DNA of 37,605 bases from a virus. The DNA is taken from UHGV virus genome UHGV-0180039. One strand, 5' to 3'. Within the stretch, counting starts at the first letter, position 1. Each line of letters begins with the position of its first letter. The notes beneath the pieces were generated by a model. It was not told the origin of the DNA, made no database searches, and saw only the letters and a program-made list of their open reading frames with translations. This document shows positions 37,414 through 37,605 of this stretch, in pieces. A program made the translations under genes and the position numbers.

Positions 37414-37605
37414 ATGACCGATACCAGCCTGATTCCTGAGAAAGAAGTGATGAACAAGCTCGGTGTTTCATCACGTCAGACAATCTGGAACTATACCAAA
37501 CGGCACGGATTTCCGAAGCCAGTCAGAACCCACCCCAAATCATACCTTCGTGAAGCTGTTGAAGGGTGGATTCTTAACGGTGGCGTTAATCAGAAATGCT
37601 CCTGA
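37414..37605 (+). CDS. AlpA-family DNA-binding protein, probable excisionase
   Basis: 63 aa; LGVSSRQTIWNYTKRHGFPKPVRT is an AlpA/Xis-type HTH; last gene before the expected integrase, which lies outside the window. Confidence 0.7.
   Translation: MTDTSLIPEKEVMNKLGVSSRQTIWNYTKRHGFPKPVRTHPKSYLREAVEGWILNGGVNQKCS

Noticed and set aside
1-37605. CRISPR arrays, insertion sequences or transposases, integrase and att sites
   Set aside because: No direct-repeat/spacer arrays, no transposase-like ORFs or terminal inverted repeats seen; the integrase and attachment sites are expected just beyond the xis end of the window.

Overview
The window is a near-complete mosaic lambdoid prophage, probably from an Escherichia/Shigella-type host; integrase and att sites lie outside it (it starts at the tailspike stop codon and ends at the xis stop codon). 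The late/rightward operon is on the minus strand and runs from 27415 down to 1: P22-type cro, lambda-type cII, an O-like initiator with internal iterons, a primase-helicase, a nin region (NinB, MT-A70 methylase, Rha/ANT antirepressor, YbcO, RusA, NinH), lambda Q with PR'/6S/tR', lambda S and R, a P22-type Rz interrupted by a stop codon, then Sf6/P22-like packaging and podovirus virion genes ending in a tailspike. The plus strand carries P22 c2, PL/OL, nutL, an N antiterminator, an AT-rich two-gene moron, an HNH endonuclease, RecT, ea-type genes and an AlpA-like Xis. Most calls rest on recalled similarity to lambda, P22, Sf6 and phage 21 proteins and on motifs read directly from the sequence; no searches were run. 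Coordinates not taken from the ORF track were derived by hand and may be off by a few nt. No known defence system was recognised; the best candidates for undescribed function are the post-N moron (29064-30053), the T5orf172 moron after the lysis genes (16935-17423) and the terminator-punctuated genes next to xis (35758-37336).
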